A stretch of DNA of 64,000 bases from Felis catus. Lineage: Eukaryota. Location of the stretch: assembly GCF_018350175.1 (NCBI RefSeq), contig NC_058368.1:98210001-98274000 (forward strand), read 5' to 3'. Made by a program: the position numbers and the translations under genes. The notes beneath the pieces are model-generated. The model was not told the origin of the DNA and did no database searches. It was given only the letters and a program-made list of their open reading frames with translations. Shown one piece after another: positions 59,831-64,000 of the stretch. Position 1 is the first letter of the stretch; each line of letters begins with the position of its first letter.

Positions 59831-59964
59831 TTCAAATCTTTTTCTTTCAATAAATACAAAATTTATTTGCATTAATTAGATGCAATTATTCCTTAGTGCT
59901 CTTGTGGATAACCACTATAGTTAGTTTTCTTCTAGTAAAGTAGAGAGAGGGTGGGTGGGAGATC

Positions 59965-60085
59965 TGTACTCTATTGCTTAACCAATTTTGTGGTTTAGGC
60001 AAGTAATTACTTTGCATTATGTGGGCTTTCATTTCTCACTTGGAAAATTGGAACATTAGATTTGATTTTTCTAAGGATCTCTAAG
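59965..60085 (+). mobile_element. MIR fragment
   Basis: TGTGG.TT.AGGCAAGT.A.T..TTTCTCACTTGGAAAAT. Confidence 0.45.
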
Positions 60086-60680
60086 TTCATACACATAATT
60101 ATACTTATACCTTGGCATATACATTTGCAAACAGTGCGGAATTAGGTCAGGAGCCTGCTGATAATATATTTGTTAATAAAGTCAAAGATGTTTCACTGAA
60201 ATTAATTAAAATTAATTCCACTAAAATTAGAGTCATTCAGTGCATTTAAGAGACATAATGCTTACCAGAACACGGTACAGTATTGTATGTCGTGATACCT
60301 TATAATTGTGCAAAAACAGATGTTACTATTATACACAGTAAATATTTTTAAAGCCAAGTAAGTGAAAAAAGCAGTTTTATATTCAGTTTTATGTTTTAAA
60401 TTACATTAAGTTTTCATTTTTTAGATCTGTTTTTAAATTCTTTAGTTAAACAATCTTGTAAAGATCTTTCTGTTGCACGAGAAATTGGAAAGTAGAATAT
60501 TTACACAATTTCTTAATGAAGCTTAAGCAAGTGTGTGATCTTAAAGTGAAAGGTTTTTTTAAAATCAATTTTGACAGTCTACAGATGTTTGATGCTTAAT
60601 ATGCCACAACTAAACTTTTATTCGACTTTGTCTATAGGCAGATTATTAAGGCTCAGATTGCGAATATAGGGCCCATTTGC

Positions 60681-60681
<1 letters not shown>

Positions 60682-60711
<30 letters not shown>
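60682..60711 (+). repeat. (TG)15 microsatellite
   Basis: Read directly. Confidence 0.96.
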
Positions 60712-60715
<4 letters not shown>

Positions 60716-62324
60716 CGTGTATTCCCTTGCTCTATGTGGGGTATTTGAGCAGTATTTGAAGAATAATTTGTAAGCTCCCTGCATCATTTAAAATCAGTTT
60801 GGGTTGTTAGAAGGCATATACGATCAGAAAGAATGTGAATACGATATTCCACCTAGAAGATCTATACTTAAGGCTGTGTGTCCCAGTAATGGAACTTCAT
60901 GGCCAGTGGTTCCAGAGAAGGCTGTGTGTATTTGGAGGTGGGGAGGGGTATTGGAGGAGGGGAGAGAGATTGAGAATGGGGTTTCTGTTTGCCTGTAATG
61001 CTATATGGGCTACTAGATTTGAAGTCAGTTAGGAACCATGATTAACCCCACAGGTGAAGGAGAATCTGACCAATCAAGGCAAGCAAGGCCTCATGCAAAT
61101 TTCTAAGGGGAGTTGCCACACTCTTTCCTTTACGTGAGCTCTAATGGGTCTGAGTCAAAGCTGTGAAGCCAACAGTGTTCATAGCTGTGATTTCTAGTCC
61201 CAGCTCTCTGACTTACGTTTCTCCTTCCAATGTGGGGTCAGGAAGGTCTACAAATGCTAGGACCTAAAATGGAAGAGCAGTGATGTTAACATAAGGCATA
61301 TCTTTCGATTCCAAATACAGTGCTCTTTTGCATCATTGTTGAATCAAATTTAGTAGACTATAAGCTATATTAGACTGGGGTCGTTATTTTCGTGTTCATT
61401 TCATTCTGCTGACTGATTTCAGGACAGATGGTGTGTGTTTGGTACTTTTAATTGAACATGTGAACAGATAAATAACAGAATACAGGAAGAAGGCAACACA
61501 CTTTTTAATGACTAGACATGAATTGCTATCAATGTCTTAATACATCGAAATGATAAAAACATTTCCATGTGAGACTGGAATGTAAATACTGAGCTTAAAA
61601 TAGACATGAAATGATTTTTAATTATCAAATCTAAGAGTCAACATGAAGAATAGTGCTTCACGACTTTAAGGCTTTATTCCTCAAAGCTGTGTTTTGCACA
61701 GTTGCTTTTATGTGTGTTTGAGCGTTTCCCGTTGAGGATGTTAAAAACAATGAATTCAGGAGCCATTTGGAATGCCTGACAGTAGCCTTTCATCAGGTTG
61801 CAGAGGCATCCAAAGTGAGTATCTTGGAGGTCAACCTGTAGAATCCCTGTGGCCACAGGAGAGACATGAGTGTGAGTGTTGTATACAATGAAGGAAAACA
61901 TTTTCTATCAAACAGACCAATTAGAAAATAATCTTCTTATCTCAGGAGAACAACATTACCAGATGGTTTTTCAGTGGTTGGAAATTGGTTATTTTTAAAT
62001 GAGCCCAAACTGTCACGTTGTCACTGAAAAACAAATTGCCAATGGAGAGTACGGGCAAGTCTTCATTATGTGACTCAGAGAAGGAAGGCAGGTAACACCA
62101 CCTGTTAGCTCTTTACTTTGAAAAAGTAAGGCAGGATGTAAGGTGGCTTGAAAGAATGAAATTAAATCTTGTTAGTGCTAGCTCTCATTGTCCCATGCCC
62201 AGAAATTATCAATGGTGTCCTGAGGCTAGAGTCCTACTCTCCAGTCTATTTCCCTTGCAGTATACCCTCCACAGGGATGCTGGGCAAGAAAGAAGGGAAG
62301 AACTGATTAGGAGCAAGTAGTTTT

Positions 62325-62645
62325 AGATCCACCTTCAAAATACATCTTGAATGAGACCACTTCTGACCATTTCAAACATTTCTAGGTCAAGTCAACATTA
62401 CCTTTCGTCTGGATGGCTGTGATAGACTCTTACTTATCTTCATTCCATTCTTGTCCCTCTTCATTAAACAAACAAACAAACAAACAAATAAATAAATAAA
62501 TAAACATACTATGGCCAGAATGTTGTATTTGAAGAAAATCGGATGCTATGACTCCCATTGCTTTTCAAGACCCGCATGATCTGTTCCCCTGGCCACCCGT
62601 TGACCTCATTCTTTATCTTCTTATCCACATTCTATTCCAACTTCC

Positions 62646-62708
<63 letters not shown>

Positions 62709-63830
62709 GTTTTTGAGAGATGGAGAGCTAGTGCATGAGTCTGCAAGTGGGGCAGGGGCAGAGGGAGAGAGAAAATCCCAAACAGGCTCCATGCTCAGTG
62801 CAGAGGCCAGTGCACGCCTCCATCACTCGACCTTGAGATCGTGACCTGAAGCAAAATCAAGAGTTGGACATGTAACCAACTGAGCCACCCAGCTGCCTGT
62901 CCATTCCAACTTCTTTAAAATTTCATGAAGAGTATACTTTTTTGATCACTTTCATGCTTTGCTTATTTTGTTTCCTTTACCTGAAATTTTCTTTTTTTGT
63001 CTTAGGCTTCATCAAAAGGAGAATCTGGACACAATTCACAGGTCTTTTGACACTTGTGTTTGAGTTCCTATTTTCCAAGACATTGTAACTTGATGATTTC
63101 CATGGGAAAACATACTGAATTACATACACTGAAACTAAAAGTCTCCACCCACAACAGACTTTTAACTTTGCATTTTTGGTACAGGAAGTGGCAAAGAGCA
63201 GATGACATTAGACCAGAGAGTCTTGGGTTCCCAGACTCTAAATCACATCCATTTGGCTGGAAGAAGACAGACCCTACTGGCTGCTCTTATGGATATGTTA
63301 TGATCCTTGCTGATTATCACTTGGGATAGAATATGTACCCTGGTCACTTATCCCTCCCAATAAAGGAGGAAACAATCACTTTTACTAGTATTAAGTATTA
63401 ATTATCCCCTCAAAATACTTGGATTTTGGTTTTCAGGGTGTTTCAAAAGTAATCACCTTTCCCAGCCAATCACCAGGGAAAGTATCACAGAATTTCTTGC
63501 CAGGGGCAAAATTGCTCTTGAAAAGAGATTTCCTAGTTTTAACTCAAAAATGTCCTTTTCTTATCTAAGTGGCAAATACTTAATCCTCCTTCATCTGACA
63601 TGTGTCTCCCTCTCTGAGAGACTTCCCGTCCTTTCCTCAGGCAGAGATTACTGTGTTTTCACAAAGTGTAGTTCATGCCTCTTTATATCTCTTAACATTT
63701 TGAGCGTAATTTCTAATTCTGTATTTGCTCTCATTCATGGATTCGAACTCCCTGAAGGTAGATAGGTAGTCTTGAGGCAATTCCCTAGTATATACTAGGT
63801 GGTCAGACTATATTTGCTAAATGAACAGGT
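62325..63830 (+). mobile_element. Scattered L2 fragments including a 3' end
   Basis: CCTTCAAAATACATC..CCACTTCT..CTAGGTCAAG; AGACT...CTCAGGCAGAGA..TATTTGCTAAATGAA. Confidence 0.5.
62647..62899 (-). mobile_element. CanSINE with (TTTC)n tail
   Basis: (TTTC)n at 62647-62708, reverse-complement body; TSD ATTCCAACTTC. Confidence 0.92.
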
Positions 63831-64000
63831 CACCATAGCAGGATTAAAATGGTATGTGAGGGAAGGGATCACAACATAAAACAGAAGATCAGGGGACTTT
63901 GGGATTTGGTGAATCTGGCAACTGAAGTTTTTATGTTAATGATATTAATATTTTCTATAGTTGTAGCTTTGTCTTTCATGTAGTATAAATAAGTTTATTC

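Noticed and set aside
61723..61814. Possible exon ending at AAA|GTGAGT
   Set aside because: Weak acceptor and an unrecognised peptide; the stronger upstream acceptor introduces a stop in the only open frame.
2582..62899. SINE heads as tRNA genes, and repeated SINEs as a CRISPR-like array
   Set aside because: The heads are tRNA-derived Pol III promoters without a full cloverleaf. The copies are dispersed with individual TSDs, not regularly spaced repeats, and the DNA is mammalian.

Overview
This is AT-rich, repeat-dense mammalian non-coding DNA from a carnivore, most likely a felid. It carries about 26 tRNA-derived CanSINEs, three of them near-consensus, CpG-rich, cat-type SINEC_Fc copies. 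These sit on older eutherian repeats: L1M/L1MC/L1ME, L2, MIR, MaLR/ERV LTRs and hAT/TcMar fossils. I found no supportable protein-coding exon, RNA gene, CpG island or CRISPR-like array. All ORFs in the track look like chance or repeat-derived ORFs, and only L1 ORF1/ORF2 and Tc2/pogo transposase remnants have recognisable protein similarity. The window looks like a large intron or intergenic region, and I cannot identify the host gene. I see no evidence of a novel multi-gene system. The notable items are small-scale: a perfect de novo 13-bp hairpin inside a SINE, a head-to-head SINE pair sharing one target site, several nested insertions, a once full-length L1 that may have deleted part of its host, tail-only micro-insertions, motif-dense repeat-free enhancer candidates and a possible strand-skew switch near 12.5-14.8 kb. 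Repeat family names come from my recollection of consensus sequences, boundaries of old repeats are approximate, and both need RepeatMasker/Dfam confirmation.
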